A stretch of 64,000 nucleotides of DNA from Penicillus capitatus (taxonomy: Eukaryota > Plantae > Chlorophyta), in assembly GCA_965649825.1 (NCBI GenBank), contig OZ287696.1:539101-603100 (forward strand). Reading direction: 5' to 3'. The position numbers and the translations under genes were made by a program. Below the pieces are notes generated by a model, which worked only from the letters and a program-made list of their open reading frames with translations, did not search any database and was not told the origin of the DNA. Each line of letters starts with the position of its first letter. Within the stretch, counting starts at the first letter, position 1. Of this stretch, positions 37,891 to 49,916 are shown in pieces.

Positions 37891-38615
37891 ATGAATTTTC
37901 GCACCGACCGTCAAACCGCACAGGTCCGCAAACCTATCTGCCACATGTCCGTGTCGGTGCGATGACGGGTTGGATGAACGCAGGACATGGAGAGCCGCGT
38001 TGCACGTATGATTCATGAACAGAGAGTGACTCTCATGATGTACCAACGTCGCAACGAGTAATCCACTCCGCCTCTTCGTCGAGGAGTGATTCTTTGCCGC
38101 TGTGTCAGTGCCGACATCGTTGCCGACATGCAAGAGGCTCTTGTGCGTGTGCGGAATCGCCTGTCGCGTGACCTCGTCGACGTGGATCCAGAGCTTCTGA
38201 TGCAAGTTATGCCGCCTGCCATTCCATTCGTTCGCTAAAGCCTTGGTAAATGAAGGTGGTCATATGTCTGATTTTCTATAACTCGGCGGATAACACATCT
38301 GACGGCCACGATTCATTGGATTTGGATGATATGTCGTATGAAGAACTGAGGGCACTCGAAGAAACCGTCGGCGTTGTGAATAAGGGCCTCAGTGAGCAGA
38401 GCATTGCTGCTCTTCCCATCAGACTGTTCTCCGCGGCGAAAGGGACGAATCTGGACGAAGAGCAATGCACCGTGTGCCGTTGCGAGTTTGAACAGCACCA
38501 TCAGGTGAAGGTTTTACCATGTGGACACGTCTTCCATCCTGGATGCATCGATCAATGGCTCAGAATCAGCAAGAAATGTCCAATCTGTAGCAGAGAGGTC
38601 AAACAGACTCCATAA
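37891..38615 (+). CDS. RING-H2 E3 ligase, BIG BROTHER-related type
   Basis: DDMSYEELRALEETVG..KGLS followed by CTVCRCEF..LPCGHVFHPGCIDQWL..KKCPIC; start uncertain. Confidence 0.85.
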
Positions 38616-38794
38616 GAGAGGGTGACGTTTATCTCTGTGCTCCGCGGGGAGCGCGTTGTACTATGACCTGACGTGCTTTATTTTGTGTTCTCTGCTGAAC
38701 CAACAAGCTCTTTCATGTAGGATATCACAAACGCTACTGAGCTACACTCAATTGAGTGCTTCCTGTACAAACCGTTGTGTAATAAACAGAGCAA

Positions 38795-39364
38795 CTATGG
38801 TCGGGGAGGTTCAGATGCGTTCATGAAGTAGGGAACGTGGTGTCCGTGAATGCCAAACTGTGCCAGACGCCGTCACGTCAAGGACAGTAATGAAGAGATA
38901 CGCACACCTGTTTCAGTGTTTTCAGCAACTCCTCCATCAGCAGCACGCGTGTCTTGTCCTTTGGATTGAACCCCAGATCTTTGAGCCGGGAAAACGGCAG
39001 ACGGTCTCGAACACGACTCAGACTGAAACAGCGGTGGAAGGGATCTCACACAAAACGCGATGTGTGAGAGCGACTGACTGGACTGCTTGTTGAACGATGT
39101 CTGTGATGAACTTCTGCGTGGCCAATCCCATCAGGCGCACCCTGGGACGCACAGTCGGCAATGGGCACAGGCGTCGGAAGGTGGAGGGGAGCTACGCTCG
39201 GGGGTCTTTCACTTCGCAGCCGCTCTGGCAACAGTAGTACTCCACGAGCTCGTCCGGCACCTAAACGCCTCTTCTTGTGTCTCCCCGACCATGCAGCATA
39301 CCAGTGGTGCCCGTTCCTCCAGTTCTGCTAGAAACTGTTGCATGCGAATGTCCCGAGCATCCAT
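38795..39364 (-). CDS. TAF10: TFIID subunit 10
   Basis: Spliced FLAELEERAPLVPDELVEYY...DPR..RLMGLATQKFITDI...VLLMEELLKTLKQFGI...PYF. Confidence 0.88.
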
Positions 39365-39496
39365 GACCGTTTGTTTGTTCTTGTTCCTTCGATGATCGTC
39401 TGACAATGAAAAGCATTACGACCGCAAACGATCCAATCGCCAATTCGAGTTTGCGGTTTTTGCAGTGCTGACACCCACCCGCGTTTCGAGGCCGTA

Positions 39497-39900
39497 ATGG
39501 GAGAAGTTGCGTTGCCGTCTGCGCCGATGCGCAATTTTTTTTGCCTTTTGGCAAAGTACATCAGCCAGGAGAGTCATTCAAAAGGCGTTAACTTTAAACC
39601 GTTATCGTCAGACGTGATCCTCTCTACACCGCCGAAAGCCGGGACAACATGGTTACAGCAAATCTGCAACGGATTGCGTTCCGGGGCAACATGGTTTTTG
39701 AAGAAATCGGGAAGATGATTCCCTGTCTCGAACATGCACACGAGTACGGATACACATTTTCACTATCAGTCTAAGACACACTACTAAGTATCCGTGACGA
39801 TCTTCTTACCACCGCGTCCTGTTTTGTAATGAGTCTGTATCTCCTTTCGTCGTGATGAAAGGGTCCTTTGGTTTCACTATGAAGACTTGAAAAAATTTTA
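39497..39900 (+). pseudogene. Decayed PAPS-dependent sulfotransferase
   Basis: DVILSTPPKAGTTWLQQI (PAPS loop); frameshift to MVFEEIGKMIPCLE; KTHY*; then RRDERVLWFHYEDLKK with the intervening segment missing. Confidence 0.75.
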
Positions 39901-40429
39901 CGTAACGCAAGAGATTAAACGCAGAGCTCATCGAGATTGGAACCGAATCCCTTTGAAGGGCGATGAAAGTAACCTAGACGATGACTTTTTTTAAACGGTC
40001 GTCGAATCTGTCCACGCAACTAAGTCGTCTGCAAACCTTAGATGTCCAGACGGAAGTCTTTTGAGTTCCAGTTAAATTCTGACAGCGGGTTAAAATAGGT
40101 CAAGAGCATAGCGAGATAGGGATTCCCTTTGGACATCATCAGGAATCAACGCTTGGGGAAAGAATGTAAAGATTTTGCGTCGAGCGCGGCCTGAAAACCA
40201 ATCTCGGATGTGCTGCACATGCGAAGTGTGCAGGCAGACAAGGAAGGGACAGACGCCGATGCGAATAAAAGGTGTGGATTACTGGGCGGAGCAGCGTGGC
40301 GCGACGGATGCTGCGGAATCGACTGATCCAAAGACCTTGTTAGCTAAAGCCTCTAGGACCGGAGGATCGGCTGGATACGGAGTAGAGCTCGCGGTGAAAC
40401 CACTTGAGCTTCTCCGGCTACACTAAGCT

Positions 40430-41560
40430 CGTGGAGAAATTCCCAGTTCCCGAGGCGATTCCGCGCATTTAATTGGAGGTTTCGTCGTGTAGTTGTGTCG
40501 TTTAGCTTCTTTGGTGATCTAACTTCTGTTCTGGGCTTTCTTGTGCACCTTCTGCTCCCAAACCTTAGCTGTAAAATGTGATATGTGCGAACCTTCCCGC
40601 CTTTCTCGAGCACTTTTGCTGCGCGCATTGAACTCCTATACAACGAAAGCCTTCCGCTGCGCACAAGACATGGCTAGCCTAGGAGAGATCCGCTGGAAGA
40701 GTCCGAGTCCACCGATGGTGAATTTCTCCAACAAGACGCGCCTATAAGATCCGAGTGGCGACAAAGGGACGTACGTGTCTCGGCGGACCAATGCGGAACG
40801 ACGATATGCGTCCCAGTCCGAGGAAAGAGGAGCCTCATAGCCGCCAATCGAAAAAAACCGTTCCGAGAGGACATTGCAGTGGTCACCTCGTGTGACGCTT
40901 CGTACGGCAGGTGCCTCAGATGACATGCTCGGAAGCAATGAGACAGACAACTACATCTTGACACACAACAGGCCCAGGCACTTTTGAATGATCGTTGCAC
41001 GATGTTCTCCGTTCCACAGCTTCGCTTCTTTAATAAAGAGCACCATGTGCAGCTACGTGTATGCGCATCTTGCAACTTCAGTCTTGTCTTGAGTTCTGGG
41101 GCTACTCGACTCTCCTCTGCCCTTTTGAACTGTATCCTGTTTGTTTCGTGCTGTCTGTTCTCTTGTCCACTTCCTGCAATTCCTCGTCGCCGCTCTCCAT
41201 GCCATGCAAAGACTCTGCCTTTCTTGCGTCGACAGCTTCGTCGCATGTCCCTATGGACTCTTCGCGGTTCTCCAGATCCTTTTTCCGCTTCAAGAACAGA
41301 CCCTATGCTCTTCGCAGATCCTCCTCTCTTATCGGGGCGTTCATCTCGTTTCCGTGTGCCGTGCCCTTTCGTCGATGACAATGAGAAACTGATCAGTCAG
41401 TTACCGGAGGCCGGCCGAGGTCGAGTCGTCGATGGACAACAGCGTTGGCTGCGCGAAGAGTATTGTGGCCGGCGTGACTCCATTGCCGGTTCTGCTGACG
41501 ACGAGGACGCTTCTGCATTGTCTTTCTTGCCGGATGTACGCAGGCGCACCAAAAGTGAGA
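40430..41560 (-). CDS. Putative multi-exon hypothetical gene
   Basis: Several same-strand ORFs (40636..40950, 40674..41381); exon structure unresolved. Confidence 0.3.
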
Positions 41561-42151
41561 GACGAGCTTAAGAATGGCGGGACGGAAGTGACACCGCGGA
41601 CCGAGAAGCGGCCGCTAGCGTTCGCATGCAGTCTGCGACAGAGGCAAGTGCTCAAACTTAATTAAATACGGGATCAATTCTCGATCTGTCCCATCGCGCC
41701 AGAACGACTCTTATCGTCGGCCTATTTCAGACGTGTGATGCCTTTGCGGATTCGACAGTTGGCGAGGGCAGCAGGGAAATAGGGCTTTGCAGAGGAGTCC
41801 ATGGGAGATCGAAGGCACTAGAGACAGACACTTCGCGAATACCTTCGTGTACGGTGTGACTGAAAGGGTGCGGAAGACATAGAACGCATTCAGCGCACGA
41901 AAAAACCACAAGAGTGTGCCGACGATCTTATTGAGATAGCACACACACCTCACAGCGACGTGTCACCTCGGAGACACGAGACAGAAGAGGAGAGAACTAC
42001 GAAAACACAGGGTACAAGAAGTTCTATGTCCAGAGACTGTTGTCCTCTGATTGCGTCGGGTCGCTTGTGCATGAAAAGACAAAGCGTTATTCAGACGTTT
42101 CACCGGGAGAGAGAATTCCGATGAAGATCTACCCCTTCATTCAGACTGCCA

Positions 42152-45100
42152 CTAGGGTTTGAAGGACTTTGAAAACGTGATTGAGGACGAGACAGGACCG
42201 AGCGTTTCTCCAAAGATGTCACGACACCCTTCGAATTCCCCTCGATCTCTAGAGTCCCAGTAGCCGCCCTTGTAAACAAACGTCAGCTGCTCTCCAGGGA
42301 CGGCGCCGGGAACGTGCTTGAACCATCTGGGTTGAATGGGATCCCCCTTCTCGGCTGCTTTGCGCGCAGCGCGCTGCTGGTGTTCCAGTCTCTGCTTCTC
42401 GTAGTTGGCCTCGTCGTACATTCCTTTCTCCAGGAACCGCTGGTCTGGCCGGAGACGGGAGTCCGTTGGAGCCACTTTGCCGTCGATGTCTTCGGTCGTC
42501 TCATTCAGTCGAATGGCGAACGTCGACAGATTGTAGCGCGTGGGCTCGACTGCCGGAGGGTTCTTTCTCCAGATCTCGAATGGACCATCGCCTTTGCCTG
42601 CGTCCGCCGTCAGCGACGAACTCCACACCCCGCTGAGCGAGGCCCCGGGTATCTTCCCGTCCGGCCCCTCGAAGTGACCGTCCACCTAGGCAGAAGCCAC
42701 CCCGATGATCGCACATCCGTGCTCGAGAGGACGGGCCACCTGATGCGGAGCGCGGGAGAAGAAGCGCCTCTCGCTGAAGCGAATCTTGCCTGTCAGATTG
42801 GACGTCAGGTTTTGAATCTTCATCAGTCCGTGGTGATCGATCTCGAGCTTGCCGATGATGAGATTGTTGATCGACGTCGTCACCTGAAGAGCACACCTCC
42901 GGGACAGCCTCTCGCGGAGGTTCACCTTGTTGAGTTTGTATGTCTCGCCGTCGTGTGTCTTGAGGAGAATGACTCCAACCGGACGCAGCTCGATGCTGGA
43001 GCCCCAGAACTTGCTCTTGAGGTCCGTGTCTGCAGCAACCTCCCATCCGCTTCCTTGACAGTAGATGGAGAAGACGGTGGGGTGATGCACGACCTTCTCT
43101 CCGAGGAAACGGTAACCCTGCAAGAGAACATCGCGCACGTCGCCCTCTCGGCGTTCCGGGAAGCACCTTTTCGGGATTCACAAGCTCGAAGGTCTCGCCG
43201 AGGAGGGGATTGAAGGGCTTTGTCACGCGCCCCATTGTGCCTCCGTAGCCACTCACGGCCCAGGCGGAAACGTAGAGCATTCTCTCCACAGATCCTGGCC
43301 GGAATTGCATGGCCTGCGTGCGCCGCACCTGTCCGAGGAGACGGCGCTCGGCTGCGAGATTACCTTGTCGAGCAGATCCGCGTACTCGAGCTCCTCGCTC
43401 ACTTTTTGGAGAGCGGAGAGAGGTTCGTTGAAGTAGACAGGCAGACAGACCTTCGTCAGATCCTTGCCGATGCATTCCTTGATGATGCCCCACAGGCCGA
43501 CCTTCTTCTCCTTCTGCTGCGGCTTCGGAAGTCGATCGCGACGCGACGATGGCCTTCCGTTTTCTCTGCAGCAGAACATCCGTCTCTCGACCCTCTCGGC
43601 GGCGGGACCGGGCAAACCTGAGCCATTCCTGCAGATCCTCCTTGCTCAGCGCGATGGGACCGTCCAGTCTGTACATCCCGTCCCTGCTGCTGCTCTCCGA
43701 GACCGAGGCCGAGTTGCCGGGCAGGCTCTTCTCCGTCTCTGCCGATGCCACTTCTTTCGCCTTCTCATCCTGCGCCATGCCACACCCTCTCGCATCAGAA
43801 GCCGTCCCCCGTGCAGGCTGATGCACACCGCGTCTCGAATGGGCGGCGGGACCGGAAAGCAGTCGTAGTACACGTCGTCTTCGGAATCGTCTGCCGCCTC
43901 ATCCCCCTCCAGAGATCGCGCGTCCAGCGCCACGGAGGACTGGAACGTTGCACCCCCGTCGGACTTTGTCAGTTGGCAGGACAGACGGTCACTCACCGCT
44001 GCAGCAGGAGGAAACAGCAGCACATCATCCGTCATCACGGAGTCCGTCCGATCGTGCACGACGATCTGTTGCTCCAGCAGCCTCTTGTCCTCCTGCAGCA
44101 CCATCCCACCGTCGATCCGCGTCAGAGAGGTGTCGCCGGGCCAACCTCGAGACTCCGTATGTGTCTGATGAGCTGGAGTCGCTTCTCCGCTTCCTGCTGC
44201 ATGTAGTTGATGTAGAACTTGTGCTGGTCCAGCATGAATTCCTCGCAGATCTGCACTTGAGCGTCCGTTGCCCCTCTGCTCTGCAGCTTCTGGCGAATGT
44301 CCGGGATCGTCAACGTGTCGAACAGACTGAGTGAGGAACACAAGGGTGAGCGGCCGATGCCACTTCCTCGGGGGATGATGACCTGTTCGCTCGACTGTGA
44401 ACAGCCAGGGTATCTTCCACCTCGTCCGGAGCGCTGAGCACCGTCGGAAACATGCCGGACGAACTCATCTTGGCCCAATAGACGCTGTGCTTCTGGAACA
44501 GGGTCCGCCTCTCGCAGAGAGGACTTCGGTCACGGTGCTCACTTACCTTCCTCAGCTGCAGCGCATCCATCCACGCCTTCTTATCGAGTCTGCGAAGCAC
44601 ACGGCGACATAAGGGGCCTGCGGCGTCACGCCAAGGGGTCGGGGTCACTCGGAGTCCGCTCTGAACCGCAGCTTCTTCGTTCCGCTGTGAATCGTGAATC
44701 GCTTGCTGTCCCCCGATTGACTGTCGGCCACACTGGCAATCTGGACATCGACACACGTCCGACATCCAGACGACACGGAGCCGTTTCGGCACCTGAAGAT
44801 GTATCTCGCCCAGGGGAACCATGCCGTCTTCATTCATCCTCAGCACAGACTTCGACGAAGCGGCAGACGAGTGCCTGCATCGAAAGGACAGGTCACGCAA
44901 AGGGACATCTCCGTTGCACTACTTGGGCCCATCGCGTTCGAGAATCGGCAATTCGTTGCCTATCAGACTGATTTCCCCGTTCTCCCTCGCCTTCTCGACC
45001 ATCGACAGAATCGGCTGGTCCGTGATGCCTTCTTCGACCTGTCCTCGTCATCATGCAGCGTCTAGGCGAAACCCTGTCCTACTTTGTAGTAACGCAAGAC

Positions 45101-45319
45101 ACCTCCCTTCAGGACGCAGAGTCTCCTGCGCCAGCCATGCCGAATGTTGACATACTTCTCGAGAATGCCCAGAACGCTCTGAGTACAGAAGATGACGAAC
45201 ACACGGAGGGATGCAGGACGGACTTGGAAGGAGAGTTCGTTTATCAGGGGCGATGGAGGGAGTTCTGGCTCCTTCATGCACTCATCGATCTGAAACGAAA
45301 GTCGGGGTTCGTGCGCCAT
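42152..45319 (-). CDS. Oxysterol-binding protein-related protein with PH domain (ORP1-like)
   Basis: PH: [29 protein letters not shown]; ORD: [66 protein letters not shown]. Confidence 0.96.
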
Positions 45320-45993
45320 GGTTTCACGCTTCTGCCGCGGAAATGATGTCGAGACGTTGTTGATGTTGATGTGACAGCTGGAGAAGATCGCGACACGTTC
45401 GCCACGTACTGTTTGTTTGCTGGAAAAAGACGGCATAGCTGTGCAACGGAAGGCCACTTCCGCGACAGTGACACTCCAAGGTCGCATTGAAGGAACGGAA
45501 ATGCGGATATGCGAGAAGCGTCGGACGATCCCATGCCGTCCGCAGCTCGATCGCGCCATGTCGACATCCACATCTGCACTCAGTGGATGCACATCGCGTT
45601 GCAAAATGGTAGGTAGATGCAATATCCAATCGCCAAAATGCCTGGGATTTGACAGACAATCCACTAACGGATGATACAGCGAGACTGGACCGCTTGCAGC
45701 AGAAAGCGGTGTCCCAATGTTGAAATCGTTCAGAATCTTTAAGGCCGATAATGGTTGGCAGAGAGCTCGGTCGCATCCGCTAGCTCTCTGGACTATATCC
45801 TTCAACAATTTCTACGAAAATGACCGATTCGCTGTTGATCATCGTCGGCTCTGTGGACGAGATCCTCGTTGTCCAGATGTGACCGTCGCATCTCATAATA
45901 CGGATGAAAGCATTCGTCGGCAATCGACGGATTCAGCTACGTCTTCACATCCTTTAAGCGACGATCCCAGAACCTCAAGATTCGTGAGTCGAC

Positions 45994-46977
45994 ATGAATC
46001 GAGATGAGATGCTCCAAACGTGGGAGCAACGCAAAACTGCGTATGCGAATCAATGGAGAACGGGACTTTGTTCGGCGCCATGCAGTGACCCGTTCTGTAC
46101 GTTGCCTTCGTTGTTGCGTTCGACAGTAACTAACAACTACATGTGCTCTACTACCTAGGTTGTTGTGTTTCTTTCTGCTGGTAAGACGTCGAGTTTTTGA
46201 ACGACTTCTCTTTAGCGTCTATATGACTTTTAGCCCTTACTGCGCTTCATATTCGTTAAGAAAGAGGGCCATATACAACAACATGGACAGCTACCTTTGT
46301 TGTGGAGGGTTCCTACCGTGTTCAGGTCGCTGTGGCGAATCCAACTGTCCTGAAGTCTGTCTTTGTCTCGAGGTTGGATACACCACACACTTAATGAACT
46401 ATTCTTTACATGTTCTGCTTGCTTTCAGGTCTGTTGCTGTTTCGGCACTTCTGTTGCCGTGACCCGTTGGATGATTCAAGACGAACTTCGCATTCAGAAC
46501 AGTACCTGTGATAACTGCATCCTTGCGACGATGCTTTTCTTGCAGCAATTGGCCTGCATTTGTCAACTCGCTGCCTGTATTACAGGAGACGATACCCTGG
46601 GCCAAATAGCAGATCTCATCAGTCTCATCGCCGATCTCGTGTGGTGGACTGTCTGTGCCTGTATGCAGACACAACACAAAGTTCAACTGGATGAGCGCGA
46701 TCTCACGGGAGCAGGCGCAGGGGGCATGGCTTCTAACCAACCACCACTTCCGGTGAGTGTGAACCCTGATTTCCTGTACAGCATGCACCAATATCGATTT
46801 TCTGTCTAGCCTGCGATGCAGCCTCACTATGCTCAGCCAGCAGGGTACAATGTTGGTGGAGCCTATCCGCCTGCTCAAGCACAGCCTGGAATGTATGGAG
46901 GACCTCCTCAGTATCCCCCATCTGGCTATCCTGCCATGCAACAGCAACCTCCTTATGGTCAACAGATGTATCACTAA
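45994..46977 (+). CDS. PLAC8-like Cys-rich membrane protein with Pro/Gln/Gly-rich tail
   Basis: CPYCASYSLRKRAIYNNMDSYLCCGGFLPCSGRCGESNCPEVCLCLEV...TVCACMQTQHK; includes a 22-nt exon at 46159-46180. Confidence 0.88.
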
Positions 46978-47181
46978 AGAACTACCCGCCCCCTTGTCTG
47001 CATTTCTCGATTTGCTCTCTGGCAACACCCTTTTGAATTGTCTTATGTTTCCCTCCAAATGAAGTCGTTACTGAAAAGGGCTTTGAGTTGTTCAAACGAA
47101 GATCCGCTATTGATGTGCGACCTTCCTGAATGCGACGCCTTGTTGACGTGACCCTCTTATGTCTGCTGTCGATTTCAAACA

Positions 47182-47679
47182 ATGTTTAAAGTGCTGAAGG
47201 TTTCACCAAATTCTTGTTATGCGATCCGCGCGCGGCGTTCACAGTCTCCGCGTTGTATTTCTGGTCCGCGGCGTACTGTAAGAACGCGTCCCTTCGGCGT
47301 TAACCCCGAGGACGACCAGCACAGCACCGAATCCGACGGTCTGTTGCCGGAAGACGATTGGACGGTTTGGCTAGCTTTTATGCATGCTTTCTCCCGTAGC
47401 CTGCCGTGTTGCAGGTCCCAGGCGGCCCGGATGATCGTTTAACAGCCAATACACCACTTGGGCAGGCCGTTCGTTCAGCTGCCGATGAATTGGAGCACCT
47501 TACGCGTCTTGTATCCACCTCCATTGCTATTCCCTCCTCCATCGAGTTAATCTTAGGAGGAAGAGGTGCTTGACCAAGCCTACCAGCTGATCGATCGTTT
47601 AATCTCTCCCGCCGAAAATAATGACAAGACAGGAGGAACATCCGCGGACGGTCCAGAACCTCGCAACCCATTAAAATGA
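47182..47679 (+). CDS. Small hypothetical protein with plastid transit-peptide-like N-terminus
   Basis: Three exons join in frame: MFKVLKVSPNSCYAIRARRS...EDDWT-VPGGPDDRLTANTPLGQAVRSAADELEHLTRL-EEEVLDQAYQLIDRL...LK*. Confidence 0.6.
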
Positions 47680-47719
47680 CGCGTCACCGTGCAGTCAGCG
47701 TTTGTCTTGTCCAGAACCT

Positions 47720-48475
47720 ATGTCTTCAACGATGCGGAGAAAACTCGAACTCGATGTCCGTGCCGCCGCGTTTGAGTTTCTTGCAAATGGTCTCTTCATC
47801 TACTTCGGTCTTGGCACCGCTGTGTTGTCCGGCGACTTCGTGATGACCTCGTTGGTTTTCGGCTTTGCCGTTGCGGTCCTTGTCTATGTCAGTCAGCATT
47901 CGAACGCGGGACAATTGAATCCTGCCATCTCGATCGCACTCGGTGTGACGGGTTACATCTCTTATGCTCAAGCTGCGGTCAATATCTTTGCCCAGTGCCT
48001 GTCGGCCGTCGCGGCATGTGGCTTGTTGAGACTGTCGATCCCTGAAAACGACGAAGATAACAATCTCGGAGCAAATTTCCTGAAAGACGACTACTCGACA
48101 GGAAACGCTCTTGCTGCGGAGGTTGTGTGTACGTTCGCGCTTCAGCTGACCGTGTTCGAGACAATGTTGCATCCTCGCAATCGAGTGGGGAAACTGGGAC
48201 CATTGGCCGTCGGATTGGTCGTCTTTATTGTGCATGGCGTCTTGACGCCAATTGACAACTGCAGTGTGAATCCAGGACGTTCTCTTGGTCCAGCGCTGGT
48301 GACCAATACATGGGATGATTTCTGGGTGTTTGTTGTCGGTCCTATCGTCGGTGCTTTGTTGGCGATTTTTCCTCATGTACTGTCTCTTTCTGAGTGGAAT
48401 GTTGTTATCAACAAGAACACCAACACCACGATTAAATCACAGCACATAGAGAACCCTTCTGCTTCATCTGTCTGA
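47720..48475 (+). CDS. Aquaporin (MIP family), intronless
   Basis: AAAFEFLAN.., GQLNPAISIA, AAEVVCTFAL, SVNPGRSLGPA, FWVFVVGP; six TM helices. Confidence 0.95.
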   Translation: MSSTMRRKLELDVRAAAFEFLANGLFIYFGLGTAVLSGDFVMTSLVFGFAVAVLVYVSQHSNAGQLNPAISIALGVTGYISYAQAAVNIFAQCLSAVAACGLLRLSIPENDEDNNLGANFLKDDYSTGNALAAEVVCTFALQLTVFETMLHPRNRVGKLGPLAVGLVVFIVHGVLTPIDNCSVNPGRSLGPALVTNTWDDFWVFVVGPIVGALLAIFPHVLSLSEWNVVINKNTNTTIKSQHIENPSASSV

Positions 48476-48876
48476 ATCTGCAGATTATATCATACACATC
48501 TGAATCTGATCTGTGTTTAGTTTCAGATCCATCCATCATTTTGTTGCTAGTCTGATTTTTTAATGTCGTTCTTTCAGTTTGGAAGAAGTATCCACTGATT
48601 CACGGGATGGCGAGTTGTGAATGGCATTTGTCAAGATGTGCATCTTCAGTCGAATGCCCATCAAACTATGAGGGGGGTTGGTCAGTTACGTGTTACCGGA
48701 GAGTTGCAAAATACTGTCTGAACAACATGTAACAGAATCTTGCACTATCTGTTTGTTCCGTAAGATATGCGCCACCACACATTATTGTGTATAGACCCAT
48801 GCAGGAAGTGGATCTCTCTTTTGCAGAAAATGATGGTTATCGCTACGGATGATGGGTTCTTCCCTCCCTCCCTTCC

Positions 48877-49846
48877 TTACTCGTCTCGAAAGAGAGGTGT
48901 GTTGCAGTAAGGACAAGAAGGAGAACGCACATACTGAGACGATGTGACAAACCATTTTTCGATGCACTCCAGATGATACTTATGCTTGCAGGGTAAAATC
49001 CTCAAAACGTCACCAGAGGCATAGTCTTCACAGCAGATGCTGCAGGTACGGTTACTCGTTGAGTCCGATTCGACCAGAGCTCGCAGCAACTCTCGTTTCT
49101 CGACCAAATGATGATGATCCACCCGTTTCCATCTTAACATTTCCTGCAAAAGCAGTGGGCATGGTTGGAGAAGAGTCTGTCACATCAACTGGGTGCCCTG
49201 CCTTAAGTTCGCGGACCGGCAACTGCTGCAGATCCTCCATGGACTTGAACACTTCTATCGGTAACTCCTTCATTCGTTTGTTCACACGTTCTAATGTCTT
49301 TCGTGTATTGGGTGCGTAAGCGTTGTTCATTCGAGGAGGTGCCGGACGGCCACCACCCTGTAAAATCAACCAACAAAGATGATCCCCGACTTCTATCAGA
49401 GTCCGACGCCATCCCACTTGACGTGCCTAGAAACATCCCATTTATCACTCTTTTCTCACACATGTACGCTCCTCGTTGTGTGTTACCCGCTTGAAAAGGA
49501 GAAAGGCTGTGTAGAAGGCCACTGCTGACATGACCGTCAGAAGGAAGCAGCAGATGGTACCGGTAACCAAAATGCGTAAGTCGATGGCATTCGTACTAGG
49601 GTCCTCCTCGTCGACTACTTTCTCTTTTGATTCGGCCTCTGCTACACCGAGGAGAGATTGACAAAACTAGAGACATTGAGTCGAATGCCGAAGGAACCCG
49701 AGGCGAAGAGGGTTTACAGCAAAAAACCTCTGAAGAGCAAACTCCAGTAGCTGGAGAACGAGATTTCCGTTGAGAAGAATCAACATCGCTAGCGGTGCGG
49801 CATACCAATTGACGCCGTTTTGCCCGAAGTTCAGAAGAATCAACAT
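48877..49846 (-). CDS. Membrane-anchored RING-H2 E3 ligase
   Basis: Hydrophobic N-terminal segments; LPVRELKEMLRWKRVD..EKRELL; CSICCEDY..LPCKHKYHLECIEKW..CPYC. Start uncertain. Confidence 0.8.
49144..49201 (-). other. GC-AG intron (58 nt)
   Basis: AAG|GCAGGG...GCAG|GAA joins RELK-EML; contains TGATGTGAC. Confidence 0.7.
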
Positions 49847-49916
49847 TGCGGTGACCACTTGGCCAAACGAAGTGCGTTCGTTTCACATTTGCGGATTTGG
49901 ATGGGCGAATTTGTCA

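Noticed and set aside
42314-43826. Long alternative ORFs (42501..43826 minus, 441 aa; 42314..43213 plus, 299 aa)
   Set aside because: These are shadow frames of the GC-rich OSBP gene, with Arg/Gly/Ala-biased composition and no motifs.
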